Under the pieces are notes generated by a model. The model saw only the letters and a list, made by a program, of their open reading frames with translations, was not told the origin of the DNA and did not search any database. DNA of 64,000 nucleotides from Chara braunii (taxonomy: Eukaryota > Plantae > Charophyceae): contig BFEA01000030.1 of the NCBI GenBank assembly GCA_003427395.1, forward strand, positions 4,549,244 through 4,613,243. The letters run 5' to 3'. The stretch's first letter is position 1; every line of letters begins with the position of its first letter. The position numbers and the translations under genes were made by a program. This document shows, in pieces, positions 50,102 to 63,300 of the stretch.

Positions 50102-50741
50102 GATGATGGCGGCGGGGACGACATCCACGACAACAACATGATGAGATTGAGTCCGCAGGCGGACACAGTGGGGATGGGGATGGGGGTTGACACGGGTGAG
50201 TGGTTTTCTGTCCTCCCCCTCTTTAGCCTCGTTATGGAATTGCTTCTCATTGTCTGGCAGAGGATAGGAGTAGGATAGTTAGTGATGATTGGTGTTGCCC
50301 GACCCACAATATCAATCAACACTGGGGTGCTGATCGCTGCGTGAGTTGGTAGGTAGGCTGTTTAGGGATACGGTTGCAGGAGGTCAATCATTCCCTTGCA
50401 CAGGGAAGTAATCAATGCCCCTGTCAGTTTCATAAGATAATGCATAAAGGATGCTGGAGTTGATGTCCAGATTATACATATCTCAATGTGGATAGTGCTT
50501 TGCGTTTAGGCTTGATTGATAAACACCACATACATACAACACATCATTATTAGGGTTTCGTGATTAGAATGTTTGATATAGAATACATAAATACACACAT
50601 CATACTTTTATTAGGGTTCCATTTGTACGATAATAGTGAGTGACAATTATAAACAAACATATACAAACATATACAAACATATACAGACATATACAAATTG
50701 ATATAGGATGCTCGAAAGGAATATACATTCATCACTGTATA

Positions 50742-51121
50742 GGGACACTGAACCCGTTTTCCAGCTCATACACATCACATCATTGATGCCTCAGTTTGTG
50801 TTGGAGACACTGTAGATTAGATGGATAGGGTTTTCCATCATCTCAGATATATTGCTTAACGTGTATACATAGGTAGTTGGAGATATCTACATTTCTGCAT
50901 AGGGATGCTGGACCCGATCTCCAGCAGAGACATTCACATCTTTGTACAGGGACGCTGCACCCGATTTCCAGTTATTACATTCAGATCATTGTACAGGGAC
51001 GCTGGACCCGATTTCCAGCAGGTGTAGCTCCCCACCAATAGATGGAGCCTTCGACGCCGGGACCTACTTAGCGGGGATGCTCTTATCACCTCGTTAAGTA
51101 GGTTCCCGTATACGAAGTTTC

Positions 51122-51148
<27 letters not shown>
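50742..51148 (+). other. Three extra PK1 copies plus full 3' module, hairpin and poly(A)
   Basis: PK1 at 50742, 50901, 50949; core 50996-51048; stem 51059-51107; A tract 51122-51148. Confidence 0.85.
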
Positions 51149-51152
<4 letters not shown>

Positions 51153-52029
51153 GAAAAAGTGATGGAAAATGGGAGAGAGAGGTGAGAAATAGGGTTTGAG
51201 TTAGGGGAAGAAAAGAGTAGAGGAGGGTGAGAGAATGAAAGAGAAAAAGATGAAAAAGGTAGAGAGTACAACAAAAGATTAATAGGAGAGGGTGAGAGAG
51301 GAGAAGAGGAGAAAAAAAATTGGTGGACGATAAGTGAAGAGTGAGGGATATGACAGAGCAGTGGGAAGGAGGGGAGAGTAGTGAAGACTATAGGAGAGAA
51401 GAGTGAGAAAAAGGTGAGGGGGTAGTGGTAGAATTAGAAAAAGATGATGAGAGCAGAGAGGCGAGAGAGGGAAAAGGGGTCGGGGATGTTGATTAGTGAG
51501 TAGGGGGTAATACCGAGCTTTTGGGTGGCCAAGGCCCAAGAGTAGACAACATCACCAAGGATTTTGGCCTTCAAGGTGCTGGCAGACTGCTGCTGCAGCA
51601 GTGAAAAATAATAATAAGAATAATTTAGGTCTGAGATCTTCATCAGCCACCCAGATTCAACGATAGTGCAGCCCCCTCGCCAGAGGGGTCTTTAACTGGT
51701 GCCAAGCTGCTGTTGCAGCGGTAGAAAAATAAATGAATAATGATCTGGGGTTGGCTGAGATATTGACTAGCCACCCAGATTTGACTGTAGTGCAGGCCCC
51801 TAGCCCATGATATTTTCAAAAGCTCTCAGCAAGCTGCCACGTGACACTGCAGATTGACACGTGCGCAGGTAGCAGCAGCCACGGNGNGGNGGGGGGGGGG
51901 GAATAGCAACCCACCTGCTGCTGTTGTGGTGCTCACTCCTCACTGCTCGCCGACGGGGAGGGGGGAGGGGTTAAATAGCTGGCGTGACACTCTTCAACAC
52001 CAACGTGCCACACTACCAGCTGATACTGA

Positions 52030-52110
52030 GAGGTTGGCCAGTGTGTTAGGGCATTGGCTACACATGCACATGGCTAGCAGCCGCCCAAGTTCAAACCCTA
52101 GCAGCTGCAC
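52030..52110 (+). ncRNA. Degenerate tRNA-like sequence
   Basis: TGGCCAGTGTGTTAGGGCA A-box-like and AGTTCAAACC B-box-like. Confidence 0.35.
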
Positions 52111-52789
52111 TCCTGAATCTTGATTACATATAATCCGGGAGCGAGGCGGGGCAGCAAGGTCAGTGGGGCACGGGCGTGGACAGCGCAGCTTTGACACAAA
52201 CTCAACATGCACGTACTCCAAATTGTGCCAATGAAGAATAAATGAGTACAGACTGCAGCTGGGGTGTACCCCCAGTGGACGGACTGGATTGGACTGGACT
52301 GGTACCGACGATGGTATCAGACTGAACTGGACTGAATACCCACACAATTTGTGCGGTAAGGCCAACAGCTTGGTCCCACAGACCGTACAGACAAATAGCC
52401 AAATAGCCCTGGCTCTAGGTCAGGGTAACTAGAGGCCCGCTGTACCACCAAAACAAAAGAGAAAAGGTCGCACTAACGCTTCTACTCCGCCTCGGCAAAA
52501 AGGGGCTTGGAGGTAGCAGTGGTGACTGTCACGGCCCGAGTTTCAAAAGAGAAATGGTCGCACTAACGCTTCTACTGGTGCCTTTTGAAACTCAAATCCA
52601 TTTGTCTCTTTTTGGGTGCCTTTTGAAACTAGCCGGCAACTTGAGTTCTAAGAGCCTTTTGAAACTCGGGCCGTGACAGAAGCGTTAGTGCGACCTTTTC
52701 TATTGCGACCTTTTCTCTTTTTGCCTCCATTTGTCTCCGTTAGTGACAAATGCAGTGGTGACTGTCACGGCCCGAGTTTCAAAAGGCTC

Positions 52790-55700
52790 CTCCTGTTCGG
52801 AACACGTCTTCACCTACAATGCCGTAAATGTCGTACCTTCCATCCATGTCTGGAGGGATCATGAATCTTCTTGATGGAAATTGTTGACTTGTGACACACG
52901 ACAACAACTTTGACGCATGGAACACAGGGTAGGTGTGGAGGTGTGTTGGGATCTCTATCGTATAGGACGGTCCATCCTCTCCGCCCTTAACTTCTAGAAC
53001 TGGCCACGGTCCTCCGTATACCTTAGGAGTAAACTCTTTGGACTTGACCTCGACTAGGTCGCCTACTTGAAATTGTGACGGGTGACGGTGCTTGTTAGCC
53101 TGCTCTATCATTTTATGTTGGGCTTTCCCGAGGTTCTCACGGTAGCTAACTCCTTCCCGTGCTGTATCGCAAACTCCCTAAATACCGGGAGGTAGCCTAT
53201 GAATCTGGTCCTGGTTAAGTCCTTCAAACGGTCTGTGTGGTCTAAAGGACTTATGCAGCTCATTGAGAGTACGGCAAGTGGCTAGGCGTACACTGTTATT
53301 ATATGCACTGGCTACCTTGGGCAACATCTCGTCTCAGTTGACTTGATCTGGTCTAATGTACACGCGCAAAACTTGCTGCAGGATCTTATTTATCTGCTTG
53401 GTCTGACCGTTAGTCTCTAGGTGACGGCCATACGACATTAATAACAATGACTCGTATGCTCTCATTAACTCCTGCCATTTTTGGCTTGTAAACCGGGTAT
53501 CCCTATCGCTAACTATGGACAATGGAATCCCGTGATCACTAACCCAAAAGTCAAAAAAATTCTAAATGACTAATTCTGTACGGGCTTCTGTGGTATTTGC
53601 TAAATCTATCTACTACTACCATGACTTGTCTTTTTCCATGCCTACTTTTGACGCTAGCATCCATGAAATCAATGGATACAGAATGGCCAGGCTGATCAGG
53701 TATAGGCAAGGGTCGACGAAGACCTAGAGAGGCACGCATAGTTGTCTTATTCCTCTGACAAAATTTGCAACTGCGAACGTACTCTATGCAGTCGGCTTTC
53801 ATTCCTGACCAAGTATATGCATCAATCAAATTAGCTAGAGTCTTTTGTCAACCGAAGTATCCCTCTATGTTGTGGCATTCCCTAGGATCAAACTACGGAT
53901 CTCCTCACTATTAGGAACGCACAGACGGTCTACTACGTTGGTTTTCTCAAACAGTAATCCCTCTGTAGTGCGGTAATCTGGTTCAGTCTCTGAGGCCTCC
54001 TTAACTTTCTTGAGGAGGTCACTATAAATAGGGTCCTGCGCATACGCCTGTCTTACTTTCTCTTGTCGCTCTCTCCCTATATCCAGGTAGTGAACTATAG
54101 CTCCAAAGTAATCTGATCTCCTACTTAGAGCATCCGCAACTACGTTATACTTGCCCTTGACTGGTTTGAGCTCAAAGTCATATTGGTCTATCTCAGCGGC
54201 CCACCTAATTAGCTTAGGTGTCATCTTGGCCTGCGTTTTCAGCCATCTAAGAGTCTCGTGATCTGAATAAACTTTGAAGTGTCTCCCACGCAGATAATGC
54301 TTTCAGTGCTCTAAGGCCTGCCTGAGAGCGTAGAGTTTTCTCTCGTAAGTCGTGGTAGCCACTTTTTCTTATGGCATCCTTGCTGACATGAACTCTATGG
54401 GTCTATAGCTATTGTCATCGTCCTGCTGCAACACGACGCCTATACCATACTGACTTACGTTCGTGGTGACGACAAATGACAAGGACGGATCTGCCACCTT
54501 GAAGACATGGTATTCTATCAATGCTCGCTTTAACTTCTTAAGAGCGGATGTACAATCTTTGTCCCACTTCCAGATTGCATCTTTCTTGAGCAACCTGCGA
54601 AGGAGAGCGACGATAGTGGAAACGTTTCTCACGAACTTCCTACAATAATTAGTTAGGCCTAAGAACGACCGCAATTCTGTCACTATCTTGCTATCCTCAG
54701 GCTTAATCCCATCTCCGTCTAAGACGTGGCCCAAGTACAAGACTTGTGTCTTGGCCCACTCGCACTTCTTCGCATTGATCTTGAAGTTAGTCTCTCTCAA
54801 CTTCTCCAAGACCTGGCCCAAGCACAAGACTTGTGTCTTGGCCCACTCGCACTTCTTCGCATTGATCTTGAAGTTAGTCTCTCTCAACTTCTCCAAGACC
54901 TGCCTCAAATGACCCTGATGCTCTTGGAGGGTCTTACTGAAAACCAATATATCATCTAGGTAGACTATAACAAATTTGTCTAACCAAGGCCTAAACACAT
55001 CATTTATACAGCTCTAGAATATGGTTGGCGCATTGGTCAGTCCAAAGGACATCATTATGAACTTATAATGCCCATATCTAGTCCGAAAGACAGTCTTATA
55101 CTGGTCATCAAGATGAACTTCTATTTGATGATATCCGGACTTCAAATCTATCTTCGAGAATTATCTGCAACCCTGCACTCGATCCAAAAGATCGTCTATC
55201 CTGGGCAGTGGCTCAACATTTTTCACTGTAATGGCATTCAGACCCCTATAATCGAAACACATGCGCAACTCTCCCTCCTTTTTGGGGACAAATAACACGG
55301 GTGCTCCGAAAGGAGACGAACTGGGCATAATCCAACCATTTCGAGGAATCCGTCTAACTGCTTATGCAACTCCTCTAACTCCCTTGGGGACATCCTGTAA
55401 ATCGCACTCGTAGGAGTTCTACTGTCAGGCTCTATCTCTATACGGTGCTGGATCGACCACAACACAACTCCTGTCGGCGGCTCTGCCAAGTCTTTAAACT
55501 CTTCCAGCAGCTTGGTAATAACTGGGTCTATTTGTTTTTCCTCTTTAGGCTCAGTGGCAGGCCTCACGTAAGCTACAAAGACCTGCTCTTCTAACTGCTC
55601 CTTCCTTACTAATCGAGCGAACGCGGGAACACTGAGACAACAATGTGCCAGAGAGTTATCTACTCCTAACACATGAAACATGCGAGCAGTCTTAACTTCG

Positions 55701-56040
55701 CCCGAGGGACTAGGGAGCCTACACTCATGCTCTCTTAAGTGGAGTGTGGCCCCTGCTGCCTCTCCCCAGTCCATACCTAGGACTATATCAAAAGGGAGGT
55801 TGTCCTCTACGAGGAGAGTCGGGGAATGAAATACTTTCTCTACCTTGCCATTCTTCTCTAGGCGCAGATACGACTGGACTCCCTCGACGTAATCCTCAAC
55901 ACGCATCGTGCGGTTGTCTGCGAGGATACTGACAATGGGGTCTTCCAACTTTTGGACTTTTATACCTAGCCTCAGTTTCTTTAACGCTTTCCTGCTGATA
56001 TAACTACGGGTAGCCCCTGTGTCTATAAGGGGTCCTACTT
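52790..56040 (-). pseudogene. pol: pol (protease, RT, RNase H, integrase)
   Basis: LIDTGAT, FDIVLGMDW, VYLDD, LRSFLGL, NVVADALSR, SCKFCQ, VSIDF, VSDRDTRF, TNGQT. Confidence 0.95.
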
Positions 56041-56279
56041 TGCTTCTAAAAACTTCTCAATCTATTAACACCAGCTGTCCTTTGCTCTCCTTCTTCATCT
56101 TGGCCCAGACCGACATCCTCCCCTTCAACTCTTCTGCCAGACCTGTGAGGGAAGTGCCCAGAGAGACTCTAACACAGACAGTCTCTGGACAACTAACTAG
56201 GCACGGACCTGCAACCTCTACCATAGGTTCATGTGGTATGGGAGTTTCCTGGTGGTGCGCGCACACTTCCCCACACGGT

Positions 56280-57179
56280 CTAATGGTAAGGGCAATTGAG
56301 ACCCCTACCAGCGGCTGCCTTTTGATCCCTGGGCAGCAAATCGGGCTTCCCTATACTTTGGACAATATTTAATGATATGGGTAGGGTCACCGCAATAGAT
56401 GCACTGCCCCTGCTCCATTCGCTGTTGCCAAACCCTCTGGTCCAAGCCCAGATCTGCCCAAGGCCGGCCTTGTGGCCAACCTGAGTGCCAACCTCCTCTC
56501 CCTTGAGGTGATCCTCCACCTCTGCAATGTGGTGATCGACTGGGCCTTGAGCGATTCGGTGGAGGACCTTGACCCCTACCTCCATCTTGGCGGTTCCTTT
56601 GGCCGCCACCCCCCCTGTGCACCCGGACCTCGACCACCCATGGCCCGACCCCCTTGGCCCTGGCCTCCTCCTCTACCTTGCGGCCTTCCTCCAGCCGCAA
56701 CAACAGCGTAAGTTTCCCCTGGCCTATACTATTGTCTTCCTCCTCCAACCCCTACTCTATCTAACTTTAGGGGACTTCGTCAGTACCACCCTCATCTAAA
56801 GTAAGGATCAGATGATCCATGCCAGATAAATTAGCCACCCATTAAGATATCTTATTTTCTACCCACGGGTTATCTTCCATCGTGCCACTGCTCTCTCCTC
56901 CTTCCCCCAATCTTCTTCTTTCGGCTACTCCTCCTCCTCTTCAACCTCTACCTCTACCTCTACCGCAACACTCATTCTCTCCTCCTTTTCTTGCTGCAAC
57001 CTTTTCATCTCCTCCTCTAACTTCTTTTTCTTCGCCACCTGCTCCTCTGCTATCATCTTCATATTCGCCTATCTAAGGAGCTCCTTCTTCTCTTTCCTCT
57101 CCCTCAGGATGGCGGCGGTTTGCTCTTCTTGAGCCTTACTATAGGGCATGGTGCTCTTCCCACTGCGAGTGTCAACCAT
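56280..57179 (-). pseudogene. gag: gag with large internal deletion and CCHC knuckle
   Basis: MVDTRSGKST start at 57179; CIYCGDPTHIIKYC. Confidence 0.85.
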
Positions 57180-58134
57180 GGTGATAAGTGCACAACCGGA
57201 CAACAGTTCCAAACCTCACCACTTAGACCTCGACACCTGACTGACTGAACCTGAGGCTCAATCTAAGGACCACAAAATCCAAGTAGGATCCTGTCAACTA
57301 GGGTCACCAGCCTGAACCTAAACTATGGCTGTCGCTACAGGACTTGTTGCTGATCAGAAGGCATTTAAGGAGATCCCCCGTAACTCCTCAGAAATTATTT
57401 AACGTTGCAGATAGGGCGATGCGATCAGCAAGTCCTCTCAAGACTTAGACAACCTGTTGTGCAGCCCACAACTCGGATTTTGGGCCTACCGTGCCACACC
57501 GAGCAGCCCGCTGGTCAGTACCGGTCCTTTGGAGGGTTCGTGTTCTCCAGGACAGTCGAGTCGTCAGACACGGCCTTTAGCCCTACTCAGTCCGTGTGGG
57601 TTTGGTCAACAAGGCTCTATCCTTCATACACGGAGTTCCTAACACGTCGACATAAGAGACTCAATGCAGAAAGAAGAGACAAACAGACTCAGCAAGTACC
57701 ATAGGGTGAGTGCACATCCATAGGGCGAGGGGATAGGTTGAGGGCTTGGCGAGAATATACCACCTCCAGCTTGGTCAAAATCGTGGTCAACAGCCCTGAT
57801 GAATGCCTTGGTCAACGCTTGGTTAATGTTGGTCAACCTGATGGTCAACGCTCCAGTCAACTGTGGTCAACGCCTTGGTCAATGCCCGAGTCAATGCCCA
57901 AACCAACTTCGGTCAACCCTCTGGTCAACCTTCAACTTGGCTATGGCTGCCGCCTTCTTCTTCCTCACCACCCTTCTTCTTCTTCCTCCTTTCCTTCCCC
58001 TTCCTCGCTTCTTTCTCTCCTCACCCTCCCTATGTCTTCCTTCCTCTTCATCGTCCCTCCTTCTCCTCTGTGTCCGAGCTCCGCGGCTATGGCCGCTTTC
58101 TTCTTCCTTGAACCGCATAACCAATCTTGTATCG

Positions 58135-58179
<45 letters not shown>

Positions 58180-58223
58180 NNNNNNNNNNNNNNNNNNNNN
58201 NNNNCATAACCAATCTTGTATCG

Positions 58224-58301
<78 letters not shown>

Positions 58302-58314
58302 CCTCTCTCTCTCT

Positions 58315-58355
<41 letters not shown>

Positions 58356-58512
58356 CTTGTGTTCTTTGCAGGTAGGCGGCACCTTCCTCCACCAGCGCAG
58401 CTATGGCGGACTTCTTCTTTAGTGATGGCGAACTTCAACTATGGCGCACTTCGGCTATGGCGCCCAACTTCAGCATACCGCGGCAACGACGGCGCGTGAT
58501 TAGTGGGTACCT

Positions 58513-58524
58513 GCTCCAATACCA
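58513..58524 (-). promoter_or_regulatory. Primer binding site, tRNA-iMet type
   Basis: Minus strand TGGTATTGGAGC after ...TGCA-T. Confidence 0.7.
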
Positions 58525-58525
58525 A

Positions 58526-59489
58526 TGCAATCAGACTCGCTTTCTTTTCCAGTTCGCACTCATGCAAACGGATGGTGAACCACACTGGCGCACAGCGCCC
58601 ACTCAAAGCTCAAAGATATGGAAGTCGAAAACACAGTTCAGATGCAAGCTCGCTTCAACAGGCTATGGCGCATTAGTGCCTGTACAACTTAACTCTCATC
58701 TTTCTGTCCGACACCACTTTTTGCAATCGCTCAACTCTGGATCACCCTGGATATCCCACACACATACACACACACACACACACACACTACTACTAACACA
58801 CTCGCCTAACAGCGATGGCGGCTATGACCGTTGTCCCCCACTAGCTATGGGTAACTATCTCCTTCAGCCCACTTCGTCTTCGGGCGCTCTACAGACCACC
58901 TCGCACAAGTCGCTCAGGGAGCGCTTCCGCATGGCTTACGCAGGAATCAATGAATGGCTGGGTGCTGCCTCTTGATTTATACTCTTGTAACTCGTTAGTC
59001 TGCCCCTTTCCCATGCCCTTGGTGCACACAGTCCCACACAGTACTTGCTTGACTGGACTGTGACTGACTGGGACTGGTACCGCTGACTGCATGGGTTTGC
59101 ACTGTCGACGTAACGCAGTTGGGCTCACCACTTGCCCACTTGCCTCTGTCCAAACGTGAGACAACTTCGAGAGGCCACCTTCCGGAAGTCTGTGGGCTTG
59201 GCCTTTCGAACACTGTAGCTACTACGACCTTGACCTTTCAGGACTGTAGCAGCTACGACCTTGACCCGTTAGAACTACTACAGCTACGACCTTTGCTACA
59301 ACCTTGACCCCTACTCGACAGGACTACAGTTCAAGACCCGATGACTACACTGGCCTACGACGGACAACAGCAGACTCCTAAGACGCAGGTCACGGGTTCA
59401 AACACACAGGGGTAATGTACACAGGTGAGTGAGGTCGGGATCGAGCCCTGGGATCTGCATCCGCTACTGCGGAGGTGAAAACCGTTTCA
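58526..59489 (-). repeat. 5' LTR of family 2, copy 2
   Basis: Homologous to 19999-21015; TG...CA. Confidence 0.75.
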
Positions 59490-59864
59490 TGTTTAGTTTG
59501 GTGCAAATATTTTTTCATGGGCCAAACCATTTTTTTTTTCCCCCAGATGAGGAGGGACCTAACTAATAACCCTGTTTTCTTTGGATTTTTTCGCTGCCAG
59601 AAATCGAAATTGTAAAGAGCCAAAGCTGGGGTACTCTGAATTATATACGCCCCCCCACTTAACCCCCTTGGGTCTAGTAGGCCGCCTCTGTGGTGTGGAC
59701 CAGGGGCCTGGGCCAGGTCCTGCAACGTGGGGTTGACAAAACTGCATTTAGAACTCCTCGCGACACTCCTTTGCTGGTTTGAGTTCTTTCGGCATTTAAA
59801 AAACCCAGGTTGTGATAAAACTCCATAAAAGTGCTTCTCCGAGTTCCAAATGCCAATCGAAGCT

Positions 59865-59955
59865 CGAAAACACAAGTTATAAGTGCACTACGGGGCAAGA
59901 TACAGTTTGCAATTGCATTTCGGGCACCCGACCTGGGCAGAAAGCTGGGTTGTAA
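59865..59955 (+). mobile_element. MITE family A, partial copy cut by a poly(T) tail
   Basis: CACAAGTTATAAGTGCACTACGGGGCAAGATACAGTTTGCAATTGCA. Confidence 0.75.
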
Positions 59956-59956
59956 A

Positions 59957-60162
59957 CTTTTTTTTTTTTTTTTTTTTCACACCCCTGGTGATGCTAGAGG
60001 TGCTGATATAATCAGCCACCTCTAGCACCCCGATGCAGGCTCCATTCTATTAGTGGGGAGCAGCACCTGCTGGAAACCAGGTCGAGCGCCCCTTACATTT
60101 TTGAGAGAAAAGGATCATGAGGAATCATGAGATAGCATGCTGGAAACCGGGTCCAGCGTCCC
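59957..60162 (-). other. Extra PK1 (60139-60162) plus 3' module (60039-60092), hairpin and poly(A)
   Basis: GTGCTAGAGGTG/CACCTCTAGCAT stem; poly-T 59957-59977. Confidence 0.82.
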
Positions 60163-60399
60163 TTCGCTAACTATCCTGTACTTTCCAAGCCAAGACCCAG
60201 GGCTGGGGCCCATCAGGGCTACTGGGGGGCACTAGTGGTCCCTGTTTGTTCCCCGGCCCACCTTCCTGGTCACACTACCGCACTTTCCTTTGAGAATGTC
60301 TGAAGGAGTGTCTAAGATCTGAATATCTGATAAGAAAGCTGAAAAGTTCTGAGGGATCTGAGAAAGGTCTGAGAATCGTCCTCTCTGGGTCACATCGCA

Positions 60400-63300
60400 G
60401 GTGGCCAAAGGTAAACCGCTACAGGGCAAGAGACTTCACAGTGGCAGAGAAAATCCCGCTCCCAAGGCCGGCATGTAAACCACAGCAGACACCATCAACA
60501 CCGAGCCTTGCATCAGCACCTCTGCCACTACCGGCCCCGGCACTGCATCCCCCCCCCGATGTGTACAAATCGAAGACTGGGAGGAAGGAAAAGCCCCCCC
60601 CTCTGCCCGTGGAAATGGATACCAAGATAAAAGAGGGAGAGGGGAGCGGGAGGGCCACAGTCAAGACTGATGATGTAGGTCCGCAGGTGGCCAAAGGTAA
60701 ACCGCCACAGGGCATAGCCAAAAACTTAACAGTGGCTGAGAAAATCCCGCTCCCAAGCCCGGTATGTAAACCACAGCAGACAAGTGCATCAGCACCTCTG
60801 CCATTGCCCCCACCTGGTGTGACCGGCGCCAGTGACCTCCAGCTGCAACTCAATAAGAAAACAGACCCCCCCCCCCCCTCTGACCGGGACAATGGGGGAC
60901 TTGATCAACCACCAAGGACTGCCCGCGCCCCAACACCTGCAGATACAAAATGCTGAGGTCAGGGCCGCCCAACCTGGGGAGGCCGTTGATGGGGTGCAGT
61001 TGGTGACGCAGCAACGAAGGCGAGTGCCTGACGATCTCCCTCCGCCGCAGATCGAGATGGTACTGGAGCTGGAGGTGCAGCGGCACGCTGATGGGCTTCA
61101 ACAATCCTCTCACAACTCACCACAGCTGGAGGTGCAGCAGCACACTGGTGGGCCTCAACAGTCTTGCCACAACCCGCCGCAGCTGGAGGTGCAGCAACAC
61201 ACTGATGGGCTTCAACAATCGTGTCACAACCCACCGCACCTGGAGATGCAACAACACACTGGTGGGCTTCAACACTCTTGTCAAAACCCACCACAGCTAG
61301 TGCCTTCGGTGCCACGGCAACACAACAAAACGCTGACGCCGCAAGGAGTTCGGTGCCACGGCAACACAACAAAACGCTGACGCCGCAAGGAATGTGGGTG
61401 AAAGCTAACTCACTTCTTAATAAAATCAAAGGGGTCGCCTTTCCCTTGCTCCAGGAACCGTCGTCCCCTGAAGCCCCGACAAACGGACCACCGAAAGCCA
61501 ACGATATGGCACAGAATGACAGCTGTTGCCAGGAGGTAATTCCTCATCCACAGCAAGGCCCACACAGACAACAAGATGGTTCGGGAGGGGATGAACAGCA
61601 AAGTCGTCACCTCCCTCATCAGATAGGGGTTGATGGACAGGGATATGCCAAGGACCGACCTGGACAACCGGGTGACCCGGGAGGAACTGTGCAACAGCGT
61701 CATCACCTGCCCCAACAAACGGGGGCGGGAGGGCAGGGGTGTGCCATGGACCGACCTGGACAACCCCTGGAGCTTGCCCACCACGAGCAAAGGCAGAACC
61801 ACGAACGGGATGCTCCCAGGGGACATCCGTTGGCCCGGCCCCACATACAAATGGAACTGCACCACAAGCGAACTCTCCAGGAGCAACAACGCTTGCAGTT
61901 GATCCACCAACAGGAAAAACTGGCACAACAAAAGACGCAACAGGACCTGAAACAGCTGCAACTAGAACAGGACCAAAGACAGATCACCCTGCTCCGCCAA
62001 CAAGAAGAGCACGCAGAAAAGCAACTGCACCTAGAGCTCCAACAGCAGCGAGTTCAGCAAGAACAGCAGCGCCACCAGGTGCTCTGTCAGCAAAACCAGC
62101 AAGATCAGCTCAACCAAATGCAGATGCAGCAGGACCGCGACAACCACCAGAGAATGCAACAACAACAACAACAACAACACCAACTGCAAGAACAACAGAA
62201 GCAAGCGTTGATGAGCCGCCAGCACATCCAACAACAGCACCAGCAGAAGCACCAGGATCACATGCAACTATAGATGCTGCAACAAGGGCAATGCCAGGCA
62301 CAACAAAGGCATGACCAAAACGAGATGTACCAGGCNTGCCTCCAGGAGCACCTTCGACTTCTGTTACAGGCGCAGCTGGAGCAACACCACCAGCAACAAC
62401 AGCAAGCGGCATTACTGCAACAGCACCATCTCCACCTACAATGGCAGCAGCAGCTGTGCTGCCAGCAAGAACAGCTACTCCAACAACAGCAGCAGCAGCT
62501 GCATGCCTACCAGCAACAGGAGGTGGAGAAGCAGAACCGCCTACACTGCCAACACCAGCAACCTCACATGTTAGGCATGCCGAGCACTCAACTGCTGTTG
62601 CGGGACACCGACCCGATGGGCGCCCAAATGATGGGACAGGAACCCCAGGACATGGACACTTCGGGCCCTGCTGAAGATAAACCCTCCGTGGACCAGGTCC
62701 CACCCATTGATGTTGACATGGAAGCGGAACCAGCCTCGGACACCGCGTCCCTTTATGCCAACGATGAGGTCAAACGAAAGCTCTGCTTTTTGACAGACTG
62801 GACCCTGATGAAAATTTTCTCGCTGACAGATGACAGACCAGCTGAGAAACTGAACACTGGACACTGGGAGCAGGCAAAAGATGTCCTCATGCACAGCCCC
62901 AGAATTTTAGCAACTGTCCAAAAATATAAAGATGCATCTGCAGTCGACTGGATGGATGTGGGGGCTGCTATTGTCTTTGTCATCAACGAGTTCTTGGACA
63001 AGATAGAACAGTTCGCACAAGAACGGGCTACACCTATGGACCGGTCCGGACAGTCTCACGACCAGCACCTGCAGGAGGAGGCGTTCCTGCACGAGGGTTT
63101 GGCATAGCCTAGAACTCTCGTGCTGGAACTATGCAACACACTCTATGGGTCCCAGTTGGCGCAGAGCAGTCTGGCCAGTCCAGAAGGGCCAATACAACAA
63201 CAACAGCTGACAGTGGGGCAGATCACCCCTCCTGACCAACCCCGAGATCAGATGCTAATTGTCCATAGGGAAGATCAAGAACAGCCCCCTCAGCAACAGG

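Larger units (their letters stand above)
52790..59489 (-). mobile_element. Ty3/Gypsy element, family 2 copy 2, chromovirus-like; 3' end lost
   Basis: LTR 58526-59489, PBS, gag-PR-RT-RH-IN, GPW/PVFHASKL (GPY/F) motif, start of a chromodomain-like YDIYGIVGE. Confidence 0.93.

Noticed and set aside
49829-50278. Asn-rich protein-coding gene
   Set aside because: The frame is held open by (AAC)n and a local duplication; no recognisable domain.
51850-52440. 3' LTR of the minus-strand Gypsy element
   Set aside because: Only a short GGACTGGTACCG-type resemblance to the 5' LTR, with no colinear alignment.
58116-58280. Tandem duplication of CATAACCAATCTTGTATCGCTCC(TC)n
   Set aside because: It straddles an N-gap and is most likely an unmerged contig overlap.
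61221-63107. Host polyglutamine transcription factor
   Set aside because: In-frame stops, no DNA-binding domain, and layout resembling the LINE-a ORF1.
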